A DNA stretch of 64,000 nt from Thermodesulfobacteriota bacterium (GTDB lineage Bacteria > Desulfobacterota > Desulfobacteria > Desulfobacterales > SURF-7): positions 1-64,000 of the forward strand of contig JBMORA010000064.1 in assembly GCA_049320885.1 (NCBI GenBank), written 5' to 3'. The position numbers and the translations under genes are program-made. Below are positions 8,522 to 17,020 of the stretch, piece after piece (position 1 is the first letter of the stretch; the number at the start of each line of letters is the position of its first letter). The notes under the pieces were generated by a model. It did no database searches, was not told where the DNA came from, and worked only from the letters and a program-made list of their open reading frames with translations.

Positions 8522-11482
8522 CTAGATTTTTTCAATCCGCAGGGATCGCGAACCCAGCTTTTCATTGGCCGCTTTCAATTTTTCCTCACTGGAAATGACC
8601 GTCAGCGCCGTATGATCCATGGGGGCGCTGAAATAGCGGCGCCCGGTGGCGACAATCCGGTCTTTCGTCAGGGACAGCAGACGTTTTTTGAAGCGTAGAC
8701 GGCTTTCGTCTTCCAGGCCGACAATCCAGCGCTGAAAGGCTTTTTTCGCGGCCGTCGCAGGGGTGTCGGGCTTGTCGATTTCGGAGCAGACCTGCAGAAC
8801 AGCTTCCTTGACATCCTCCGCCTGAAAATGTCCCGAGCAGATGAATCCGCCGGCCCCATTGAACGCCTGGAGGGTTTCCAGTATGTGGGGGTCGCGGTAG
8901 GAGGCGAAATGGAAAAGGCCGGTTTCGGGACTGTACATGGCGTATCCGCCGTATGCGCCGCCTTTTTCCCGGATTTCCCGGTGCAGGTACATGGAACGCA
9001 TCATTTTGCTGATGACCGCCAGCGAGGGGGCGTCTTCGTGATCCATGCGGACCGTGGGGAGCGAGCGGGCGATGAAGGAAACCGCGGTGGCGGTGGTCCA
9101 GCCTTCCCGGGGAAGGGTGTCCGGCAGGGTCAGGGGCGGTTCGCAATATCCGCTTCCCCCGCTGGACGGCAGGTCCGCAACCAGGCTGCGGGACAGATCG
9201 ACCGGTTCGGTCAGCGCCTGGCCCTCGCCGACAAGCGCGATTTTCAGGTTGCTGCGCCGGAACAGGAGCGCGCCGATCTGGTTCAGGTCCGCTGACAGGT
9301 TTTCCAGAACCGTTGTGCCGGTTTTCCCGGAGAGTCCGGAGGTGAGGGCCTGGATGGTCTTCAGTTGATGCACTCCGAACCAAGTTTCGTTCAGGGATGC
9401 GGCGACGGAAAAATTGCGCGACGCCAGAAGCATGCAATGCCGGTGGCCGTTTTGAACCACGGCCGACTCCAGACCGGCCTGGTACTCGAGCAGCAGGTTC
9501 TTGAGTCGCGGCAGATCCGAAAAAGAGAACTGCGCCATCAATTCCTGAAGGATGGAGTACATCTTCGATATATTGCGTCCAAGGCTTTTGCCGTTAAAAA
9601 CGACGAAGGGCAGGCATTCCCCTTCCAGGTCGTAGCGGATCCTGGCTTGGGCCGAGAGGCCGACTCCGCCCGTATACAGATCGATCTGCCGGACGATTTC
9701 GGTGTAGTCACGCAGAGTGGTCCCCATCCGCGGGAGCGAGGAGCAGAAAAACGGAACGAGCGGCAACAACCGGGCAGGCAACTCACCGAGACCGGCCGTT
9801 GCTGAAAAATAGGAAATTCCGGATGTCGGTTGGTCATAACATAAAATCGGCGGGTCTTCGGTTTTGTCCCGGAAGGAAACAAAAGGAATTTCAGGCGGTA
9901 TATCCGTTATTTCCAGCGTCGGCAGGCAGGAGATATTTTCTTCCGATTCCTGAATCCGCCGGAGGTTTTCCGCGTCCAGGCTCAGTTTCTGCAATTCCTC
10001 GGGGGAAATCCCGTCTGCCAGTATGCGAAGCCGTTCCAGTTCCTTTTTTTCATCGTCCTTCGCCTTATGGATGTCCGGCCGGAGGGTCAGCAGGACCCGG
10101 TGGGGGTTGTCCAGGAAGTAGCGCGCAATCCGGTTCTCGAAGAAGCGTTCCTTCGTCAGCGCTTCGCGTATCCGCAGCAGATCGGAATCCAGCTGCAGCA
10201 CCCTTTCCGGCTGGCCGTCGTGAAACCATGCGGCGGCGAAAGTCAACAACAGCCTGAGGCCGTAAGGGTAGGGAGTGTTGGTGACTTCCTTGCGGTGAAA
10301 CTCGATCTGATGAATGGCCGATTCGATCGTCAGGGGATCGATGCCTTCCGATACCAGGTTTTCCAGGGCGGAGAGGATAATATCCTTGATACGGGAGGCG
10401 CTGTCCTCGGAGACGCCTTTCAGGCCGCAGGCGAACAGCGTATCCCGGTTTTCGGCGTCGAAGCCGGTTCCATCGCTGAGGGCTGTTCCCAGCTGTGAAT
10501 CGATCAAGGCCTTGCGAAGCGGAGATGCCGAATTGCCGAGCAAAATCTGCTCCAACAGTTTCAGGGTCAGGACTTCAAAAGAATCCCGGATATCAGCGGT
10601 CAACCAGGCCAGGCAGACCTGGGATTTTTGTTTTGGATCCTCTCCTTCCGAAAGCGCATACGCGTAGGTCTTTTCCAGCGGCTCCTTCCAGCGGGGCTGG
10701 GAGGGCACATCGGTTTGCGGATCGATCCGGTCAAAGCCCTTCAGAATTTTATCCTCGATAAACGCCAGCTGATCACGCAGGTCGAAACAGCCATAGGTGT
10801 AAAAATAGGCGTTGCTGGGATGGTAGTGGCGCTGGTGGAATTCCTTCAATTGCGTATGCGTCAGGGAAGGGATTTCCGCGGGATCACCGCCGGAATTGAA
10901 GCGGTAGGTCGTGGATGGATAGAGGGCATTCAGCATGGAGCGCGCCATCACTTGATCCGGAGAGGACATGGCGCCTTTCATTTCATTGTACACGATTCCT
11001 TTGTAGACCAGGGACTGTCCGGTTGCCGAATCCGGATGGATTTCCAGGCGGTGTCCTTCCTGCTTGAAACTGAGCTCCTCGATGCGGGGAAAGAAGGCGG
11101 CGTCCAGATAGACATCCATCAGATTAAAATAGTCTTTCCGGTTCTGGGTGGAAAAAGGATACATGGTCCAGTCGGAGGAAGTAAAGGCGTTCATGAACGT
11201 GCTCAAACTTCTTTTGAGCATCGCGAAAAACGGATCGCGGACCGGAAATTTCCGTGAACCGCACAATACGGTGTGCTCGAGAATATGGGCGACTCCCGTG
11301 GAGTCGGCGGGCACGGTCTTAAAGGCCACCCCAAAGGTGTTCTCCGGATCGTTTCGCTGGATATGAACGTGCCGTGCGCCTGTCCGGATATGCTCCAGAT
11401 GATGGAAAACCGCGTTGATTTCCGGTAACGACGTCACCTGTCGTACCACATAACCCAATATTCGTCCGCCGGTTTCAAGCAT
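8522..11482 (-). CDS. M16C insulinase-family metallopeptidase (PreP/Cym1-like)
   Basis: Inverted zincin HILEH, RDPFF, FMNAFT, VYNEMKG, IREKGGAYG, SYRDP. Confidence 0.93.
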   Translation of the reverse strand: MLETGGRILGYVVRQVTSLPEINAVFHHLEHIRTGARHVHIQRNDPENTFGVAFKTVPADSTGVAHILEHTVLCGSRKFPVRDPFFAMLKRSLSTFMNAFTSSDWTMYPFSTQNRKDYFNLMDVYLDAAFFPRIEELSFKQEGHRLEIHPDSATGQSLVYKGIVYNEMKGAMSSPDQVMARSMLNALYPSTTYRFNSGGDPAEIPSLTHTQLKEFHQRHYHPSNAYFYTYGCFDLRDQLAFIEDKILKGFDRIDPQTDVPSQPRWKEPLEKTYAYALSEGEDPKQKSQVCLAWLTADIRDSFEVLTLKLLEQILLGNSASPLRKALIDSQLGTALSDGTGFDAENRDTLFACGLKGVSEDSASRIKDIILSALENLVSEGIDPLTIESAIHQIEFHRKEVTNTPYPYGLRLLLTFAAAWFHDGQPERVLQLDSDLLRIREALTKERFFENRIARYFLDNPHRVLLTLRPDIHKAKDDEKKELERLRILADGISPEELQKLSLDAENLRRIQESEENISCLPTLEITDIPPEIPFVSFRDKTEDPPILCYDQPTSGISYFSATAGLGELPARLLPLVPFFCSSLPRMGTTLRDYTEIVRQIDLYTGGVGLSAQARIRYDLEGECLPFVVFNGKSLGRNISKMYSILQELMAQFSFSDLPRLKNLLLEYQAGLESAVVQNGHRHCMLLASRNFSVAASLNETWFGVHQLKTIQALTSGLSGKTGTTVLENLSADLNQIGALLFRRSNLKIALVGEGQALTEPVDLSRSLVADLPSSGGSGYCEPPLTLPDTLPREGWTTATAVSFIARSLPTVRMDHEDAPSLAVISKMMRSMYLHREIREKGGAYGGYAMYSPETGLFHFASYRDPHILETLQAFNGAGGFICSGHFQAEDVKEAVLQVCSEIDKPDTPATAAKKAFQRWIVGLEDESRLRFKKRLLSLTKDRIVATGRRYFSAPMDHTALTVISSEEKLKAANEKLGSRSLRIEKI

Positions 11483-11520
11483 GTTGCTTCTTTTCCTCCT
11501 CCTTCCGTTCCCGAATCGTA

Positions 11521-11907
11521 TCAGACAACCACGTAAATACCGCGACTTTTCCGTTTGATTTTTCCCAGCCGGTTCAGTCGGAAGATGATATTGCGCAGTT
11601 TTTTGTCCGGGAACCCGGTCTTGGTCTGGATTTCAGCGAAATCAGCACCCTTTTTACTAGTTTTTATCACTTCCAGGGCGATATCGGCGGCCGTCGCGGA
11701 ACCACGCTTTCTTGTCTTCGGCCCCAGCCTGCTTTCATTCGTCTGCAGACCCCGCAAGGAGCCGCGGCCATTTTTCTTGATTAGTTTTTCAAGGTTTTCG
11801 ATCTGGGCCATTAGTTTTTCGATATCTTTCTTGGTTGCGAGGCCGTATTTATTCAGGACGACTTTCATCATTGCATCCAGGGTTATGTTTTTTTCCTTTT
11901 TGGGCAT
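11521..11907 (-). CDS. Basic hypothetical protein, N-terminal coiled coil plus C-terminal winged-HTH-like domain
   Basis: AAGGAGG RBS; K/R-rich; C-terminal FAEIQTKTGFPDKKLRNIIFRLNRLGKIKRKSRGIYV. Confidence 0.75.
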   Translation of the reverse strand: MPKKEKNITLDAMMKVVLNKYGLATKKDIEKLMAQIENLEKLIKKNGRGSLRGLQTNESRLGPKTRKRGSATAADIALEVIKTSKKGADFAEIQTKTGFPDKKLRNIIFRLNRLGKIKRKSRGIYVVV

Positions 11908-12227
11908 AATAACCTCCTTGGGTCGGAAATGACGAGTAGGCATTAGAAATGCGGTAATTTACTATTTCACGAAAATAGTGAATTTTTCCATAAAAGTCAA
12001 GAATCCGAATCGATAAATGAGCGATAATCATGTCAATAGCCAAGCGGTTGACTCGGTATGACAAGGCCTTATGGTAGTAAAACAGACAGGGGCATTTCAA
12101 GGCCGACCCGCATGCGGGATTGATTGCGGGCCGCATTCATGCTATCGTTTGAACCGCTGGGAATAATGGTGGCTCCCCGCGGTGATCCAGCGGATATTTT
12201 TCGCCCGGGCCTTATAAAGAGAATTCT

Positions 12228-13097
12228 ATGTCATCTCCCAGATTGCTGCTCAGTAAACGGAATGTCTTCGCAAAAAAACAGTACGGGCAAAATTTTCTGG
12301 CGGAGCCTTCCACCGCCCGACGGATCGTGGAAAAGTCCGGATTGCACTCCTCTGATGTCGTTCTGGAAATCGGCGCCGGTCTCGGTGCATTGACTATCCC
12401 GCTTGCCGAAGTCGTCGAAACCGTTTTCGCCGTTGAAAAGGATCCGGAACTTATTCCGATTCTGACGGAAGAAATCGAAGCGCATCAGTTGGCGAATGTC
12501 GTGATCATGAAAGCGGATATCCTGAGGGTGGATTTGCAGGCCGTTTCCAAAACCGCGGGGAAGAAGATCACGGTCATGGGAAATCTGCCGTACAATATTT
12601 CTTCGCAAGTCATCGTCCGGCTGATTGAAAACAGGGATTGGGTGACCCGCGCCGTTCTGATGTTCCAGAAGGAGCTCGCCCGGCGAATCGCCGCCTCTCC
12701 GGGCCGCAAGGAATACGGCAGGATCACCGCAATGCTTCAGTATTGCGCGGAAATCAAACCTCTTGCGCAAATCGAAGCCCATCAGTTTTTTCCCAAACCC
12801 AAGGTAGATTCGATGGTTTTGGATATCCGCTTTACATCCAGGGGGGGGAGCCCGGCAATGGATGAGCGCCTCCTTTTTCGATTGATCAAGGCGGCGTTCG
12901 GGAAAAGGCGAAAAACCCTGAAAAATTCCCTTTCCGGGAGCGAATTGGGGATCGACGGCCCCCGGGCAGCGGCGCTGCTGGATCAGGCGGGGATCGACCC
13001 ATCAAGGCGGGCGGAAAGCCTCAGTGTTTCCGAATTCGTTGTCCTGAGCAATATCCTGGCCGGGCAGGAGGACATCCCGGGGATATCCCTCCCATAA
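12228..13097 (+). CDS. rsmA: 16S rRNA m6,2A dimethyltransferase
   Basis: GQNFL, LEIGAGLG, GNLPYNIS, MFQKE, F-x-x-RRKTL. Confidence 0.96.
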   Translation: MSSPRLLLSKRNVFAKKQYGQNFLAEPSTARRIVEKSGLHSSDVVLEIGAGLGALTIPLAEVVETVFAVEKDPELIPILTEEIEAHQLANVVIMKADILRVDLQAVSKTAGKKITVMGNLPYNISSQVIVRLIENRDWVTRAVLMFQKELARRIAASPGRKEYGRITAMLQYCAEIKPLAQIEAHQFFPKPKVDSMVLDIRFTSRGGSPAMDERLLFRLIKAAFGKRRKTLKNSLSGSELGIDGPRAAALLDQAGIDPSRRAESLSVSEFVVLSNILAGQEDIPGISLP

Positions 13098-13127
13098 GGA
13101 AATGTCGACTATATTTATAAATATTTG

Positions 13128-13156
13128 TTGACAAAACAAACATTTGAGATTATTTA
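13128..13156 (+). promoter_or_regulatory. Sigma70 promoter for ihfA
   Basis: TTGACA-N17-TATTTA in an AT-rich intergenic region. Confidence 0.5.
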
Positions 13157-13207
13157 TAGCTTCAAGCTCACAAGCATCACAGGCCTAACGAAACAAGGAG
13201 TATCCTT

Positions 13208-13501
13208 ATGACACTGACCAAAGAGCAAATTGTCGACGACGTCCAGGATCAAATCGGTTTCCACAGAAAGAAAAGTGCGGAACTGGTTGAAACCTTGTTG
13301 GAAATTATGAAACGATCACTGGAAAACGGTGAAGATGTCCTGATCAGCGGGTTTGGAAAATTCTGTGTTAAGCAAAAGGCCGAGCGAAAAGGGCGCAATC
13401 CCGCCACCGGAAAGGATATGATGCTGGCAAAGCGAAAAGTGGTTACCTTCAAGTGTTCTTCCGTTCTTCGTAATCGCGTATCGGGCGACACCCGGGCCTG
13501 A
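13208..13501 (+). CDS. ihfA: Integration host factor alpha subunit (IHF/HU family)
   Basis: MTLTK, ISGFGKF, RKGRNPATG, VVTFK. Confidence 0.88.
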   Translation: MTLTKEQIVDDVQDQIGFHRKKSAELVETLLEIMKRSLENGEDVLISGFGKFCVKQKAERKGRNPATGKDMMLAKRKVVTFKCSSVLRNRVSGDTRA

Positions 13502-13506
13502 ACCAG

Positions 13507-14517
13507 ATGAAACAGCAGTCCTTCCTTCTGGTGGATGCGAATCCCAACGCCCTGCGCGAATTGTCGGGTATTCTGAAAGAAATCGGTTTTCGAGACATCC
13601 AGCAGGCCAATAATGCAAGCGACGCATGGGGCATGCTACGCGTCAAAACGTATTTCTGCATCATTTCCGCCTGGGACATGCCGGAAATGTCCGGTCTGGC
13701 GTTGCTGCGCATCGCCCGGGGAGACGATCGCCTGTTCCATCTGCCTTTTTTCCTCACGGATCCGGCTTTCACCAAAGTCAAGGTGATTCAGGCAGGACAA
13801 TACGGGGTTACGGGGTTGATCGTCCGGCCCTATGATATCCATCATATCCGTGAAAAGGTCACAACGCTGGCAGGGCATTCCGCCGATGTCATTCCTTCCG
13901 AGGCCCAGGAGCTTCTGGATGAGGGACTGGCCCTGATAGAAGGCCATAATTATCAAAAAGCGCTGGAGGTGTTTGAATCCCTGACCGCCAAATGTGAAAC
14001 CGCCGAATATTACTACAATATTGGATATATCAAAACCGTCCAGGAAAAATACAGCGATGCCGTCGACGCTTTTCAAAAAGCCACCCAGCTGGACCGTTTT
14101 TATGCCAAGGCATACGAGGCCATGGGCAGGGCATACAGCCAGATGGGCAATACGGCGGAAGCCGAAAAATATCTACAGATGGCGGCGGACATCTATATGA
14201 GCAAGGACAAAGTGGAAAACGCCGAGGAAATATTAAATGAAATTCTGCAGATCCGTCCAGAGACCATCAATGTTTACAACAGCCTGGGAGTTCTATACCG
14301 AAAAAAAGGCGACTTGGAAAACGCTCTCCAGAATTATCTGAAGGCCTTGAAAGTTCATCCCGAGGAACCACACATTCATTATAATATCGGCCGGCTGCAT
14401 CTCGAGATGAAATCCCTGGCAGAGGCCAAAAAATTTTTTACCCAGGCCATCCGGCTGAAACCCGGCTTCCAGGAAGCCCGGGAAGTGTTGAGCGCCCTCG
14501 AACTGGTCGTCACCTGA
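13507..14517 (+). CDS. Atypical receiver domain plus TPR-repeat protein
   Basis: Receiver fold (MPEMSGL) with IISAWDMP at the phosphoacceptor position; several TPRs (YYYNIG, VYNSLG, IHYNIG). Confidence 0.88.
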   Translation: MKQQSFLLVDANPNALRELSGILKEIGFRDIQQANNASDAWGMLRVKTYFCIISAWDMPEMSGLALLRIARGDDRLFHLPFFLTDPAFTKVKVIQAGQYGVTGLIVRPYDIHHIREKVTTLAGHSADVIPSEAQELLDEGLALIEGHNYQKALEVFESLTAKCETAEYYYNIGYIKTVQEKYSDAVDAFQKATQLDRFYAKAYEAMGRAYSQMGNTAEAEKYLQMAADIYMSKDKVENAEEILNEILQIRPETINVYNSLGVLYRKKGDLENALQNYLKALKVHPEEPHIHYNIGRLHLEMKSLAEAKKFFTQAIRLKPGFQEAREVLSALELVVT

Positions 14518-14534
14518 ATTCAGCAGGATTCTTG

Positions 14535-15473
14535 TTATTTCGCTCCCGCCGCTTTGGCAAACCTTGTATCGACGAATTTTTCCAGGTCGATTTTGGTTTT
14601 CATGATTTTCATCTTATCGTGCATATAATCTTGAATGACGGCGAGGTCTTCGATCACGGGGAACAATTCGCTGGTGGTGATGCGATCCGGGGGTTGGGTC
14701 AATACGCGATGAACAACGGACTGGTCCTGGCCCAGGAAGGCTGCTCCGATGGCGGCGGCGGCGTCCGGCTGGGCGTCGATGGCTATTCCCGATCTGACCA
14801 GACTGGTGGTCAACTCCTGGACGGCCTCCGGATTTTGGTTGATGATTTCATCCCGCATTACCAGCACGCAGCAGGGATGATTGGGCCAGAGATCCTTTGA
14901 AAGATAAAATTCCTCGCAGAGCCCGCTGGCGATTGCCTGGGAACCGATGGGCTCGGCAACGATGAATCCCGCGATTTCGCCTTCATCGTCGTATTGAATG
15001 GCGTCATTCATCATCATCGGCGCCATGACTTCCAGGATTACATCCACTCCCTCCTCGCTGCTGCTTCCCGGTTTCAGTCCTTTTTCCGCCAGGAGTTTGT
15101 GAAACAGCATGTTGTGGACCGAAAGCTGGTAGGGAATCAGCACCACCTTGCCGGCAAAGTCTTCGATTTTTTCAATATTGGCTTTCTTGCTTTTAACCAG
15201 GATACTGCCGGATTTATGCGTGAAGAGAATCAATTTGATCCCGACGCCGGATTTGTAGAGGTCCATTGCCGTGGGGGCGAGAATAAAGGCTCCTCCGATG
15301 GCGCCGCTTGCAAGGGCATCGGCAATCTCATTCCAGCCGTTTTTCAGTATCGGTTCAAGAGTGGCGTGCTCAAAGGTTTCCTTGCCTTTTTTCAGTTTCA
15401 GGTCCGTCACGCCCAATATCAGATGATCGGTGATTTTCAAATGCCCTATTTTAATCACGGGTTTTTCTGCCAT
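14535..15473 (-). CDS. NrtA/CmpA (NitT/TauT)-type ligand-binding protein lacking a signal peptide
   Basis: ITDH, LAP-x-A, S-V-H-N-M-L, AEP, WPNHPCC motifs; no hydrophobic leader. Confidence 0.85.
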   Translation of the reverse strand: MAEKPVIKIGHLKITDHLILGVTDLKLKKGKETFEHATLEPILKNGWNEIADALASGAIGGAFILAPTAMDLYKSGVGIKLILFTHKSGSILVKSKKANIEKIEDFAGKVVLIPYQLSVHNMLFHKLLAEKGLKPGSSSEEGVDVILEVMAPMMMNDAIQYDDEGEIAGFIVAEPIGSQAIASGLCEEFYLSKDLWPNHPCCVLVMRDEIINQNPEAVQELTTSLVRSGIAIDAQPDAAAAIGAAFLGQDQSVVHRVLTQPPDRITTSELFPVIEDLAVIQDYMHDKMKIMKTKIDLEKFVDTRFAKAAGAK

Positions 15474-15546
15474 GGCCTGTTCTCCTTAGATGTTTGCTGG
15501 GGTTGAATGCGGATTGCGGATTTCCGGAACTGCACGGGAAAGAAAG

Positions 15547-15921
15547 CTATTTGAATATTTTTTCGATTTTTTCGGATATGGATTCGGCGGTGAACGGTTT
15601 GACCACATAGCTCGTCACGCCGGCCTTCACGGCTTCAATGACATTCTGTTTCTGGGCTTCGGCCGTCACCATCAGCACCGGGGTATCCTTCATGGCCTCA
15701 TCCGACCGGATCGTTTTCAACAGGTCCAGCCCTGTCATCTGGGGCATGTTCCAGTCGGAAATAATCAAATCATATTTCTTTTTTTTCAATTCCTCCAATG
15801 CGGCATTACCATTATCCGCTTCGGTGATATTGGTAAATCCGATTTGCTTGAGGATATTTTTCAGAATCCGGCGCATGGTCGCAAAATCATCGACGACTAG
15901 AATTTTTTTTGAAAGATCCAT
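15547..15921 (-). CDS. cheY: Chemotaxis response regulator CheY
   Basis: LVVDDFATMRRI, ISDWNMP, MVTAE, YVVKPFT. Confidence 0.93.
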   Translation of the reverse strand: MDLSKKILVVDDFATMRRILKNILKQIGFTNITEADNGNAALEELKKKKYDLIISDWNMPQMTGLDLLKTIRSDEAMKDTPVLMVTAEAQKQNVIEAVKAGVTSYVVKPFTAESISEKIEKIFK

Positions 15922-16271
15922 TGTTTATCCTCCTCAATTGTTGACAATTCGATTTTCCCGCTGCACCATAACTCCGTCTTCGGTTGTCACGGCGGAAGGC
16001 ACGAAATCCGTTCCCATGAATCAAAGAAATGAGTTGGCTATCAAGAAAACAGCTTAAGAATTCCTATGGAATCGATCATGCCATGGAATGCCATCGATTG
16101 AATTGTTACCGGGATTATTAAAACACACTATACCACAACCAGCCGGCAAGGTCCACCGGCAAATTCAATTCCTCATCACCGGCACCGGCAACGCTTCTCA
16201 CCAGCGCTGGCAGTGCCTTCGCGGTGGTGATGACGGCTGCGCCGGTTCGGGATTCCGGGCGGGGATGGCGG

Positions 16272-16580
16272 TCAAAGCGGCAGGGTGATTTTTCGTTTTG
16301 CAGGGTCTTTCTGGATGCGGAAAAATATTGCCGTATGGCCGATGGCGCCAACCATGTCACAAAAAGTCTCGGCCTGGATTTGGTCGGCCATTTCCGCTTT
16401 CCGCTCTTTTTCCCGGCATTCGATATATTTGACTTTGATCAGTTCGTGGGCGTCCAGGGCATCATTCACTGCCTGAATGACGGTGGCGGTGATGCCCCGG
16501 TGACCGATATGCACGCATGGTTTCAGGCCATGGGCCAGTGATCGCAGGAATTTGCGCTGAGCACCGGATAGTTTTTCCAT
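16272..16580 (-). CDS. yhbY: YhbY/CRM RNA-binding protein
   Basis: QRKFLRSLAHGLKP, ALDAHELIKVK, IGHTAIFFR. Confidence 0.9.
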   Translation of the reverse strand: MEKLSGAQRKFLRSLAHGLKPCVHIGHRGITATVIQAVNDALDAHELIKVKYIECREKERKAEMADQIQAETFCDMVGAIGHTAIFFRIQKDPAKRKITLPL

Positions 16581-16597
16581 TTTTGTCACTCTCAACC

Positions 16598-17002
16598 TCA
16601 GCTGGCGGAAGATCCATGGGGGGAGCGAGGCTGTTGGTCGCCCTCATCCAGTAATTTTTCCGCCTCTTCGATGGTGGTTACATTGCGGGCATGGTAGCCG
16701 AGGTTGACGGAATGCCGGTCGAATTGGAAGTGGGCCAAGGAACCGAATTGTTTCCTGACACGTACGACGCTTTTCAGGCCAGCCTTCACCATATGTTTCT
16801 GGGCCATCTGGATGTATTCCCCGTCTTCCTCCGGACCGACTTCATATTCCCGTAAATCCGTCAAACAGGTGAAACCCGGTTTCAGGGTTTTGCAGGCTTG
16901 GGCGATTTTTTCTACAATGTCGATGAGTTCATCCTCAGAGTCTCTTTTGCCCAAGGTTACATACAGTCTGTTCTTTTTCAGATCCACTCTGATGTCATGC
17001 AT
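16598..17002 (-). CDS. Hypothetical protein (STAS/SpoIIAA-like fold possible)
   Basis: GGAGGAG RBS; F-x-C-L-T-D-L-R and TIEEAEKLL patterns. Confidence 0.7.
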   Translation of the reverse strand: MHDIRVDLKKNRLYVTLGKRDSEDELIDIVEKIAQACKTLKPGFTCLTDLREYEVGPEEDGEYIQMAQKHMVKAGLKSVVRVRKQFGSLAHFQFDRHSVNLGYHARNVTTIEEAEKLLDEGDQQPRSPHGSSAS

Positions 17003-17020
17003 AACTCCTCCGTTTAGTCA

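Noticed and set aside
15922..16270. c-di-GMP riboswitch or sigma54 promoter upstream of cheY
   Set aside because: No GEMM consensus found; the TGGCAT elements near 16080-16095 have the wrong GG-to-GC spacing.
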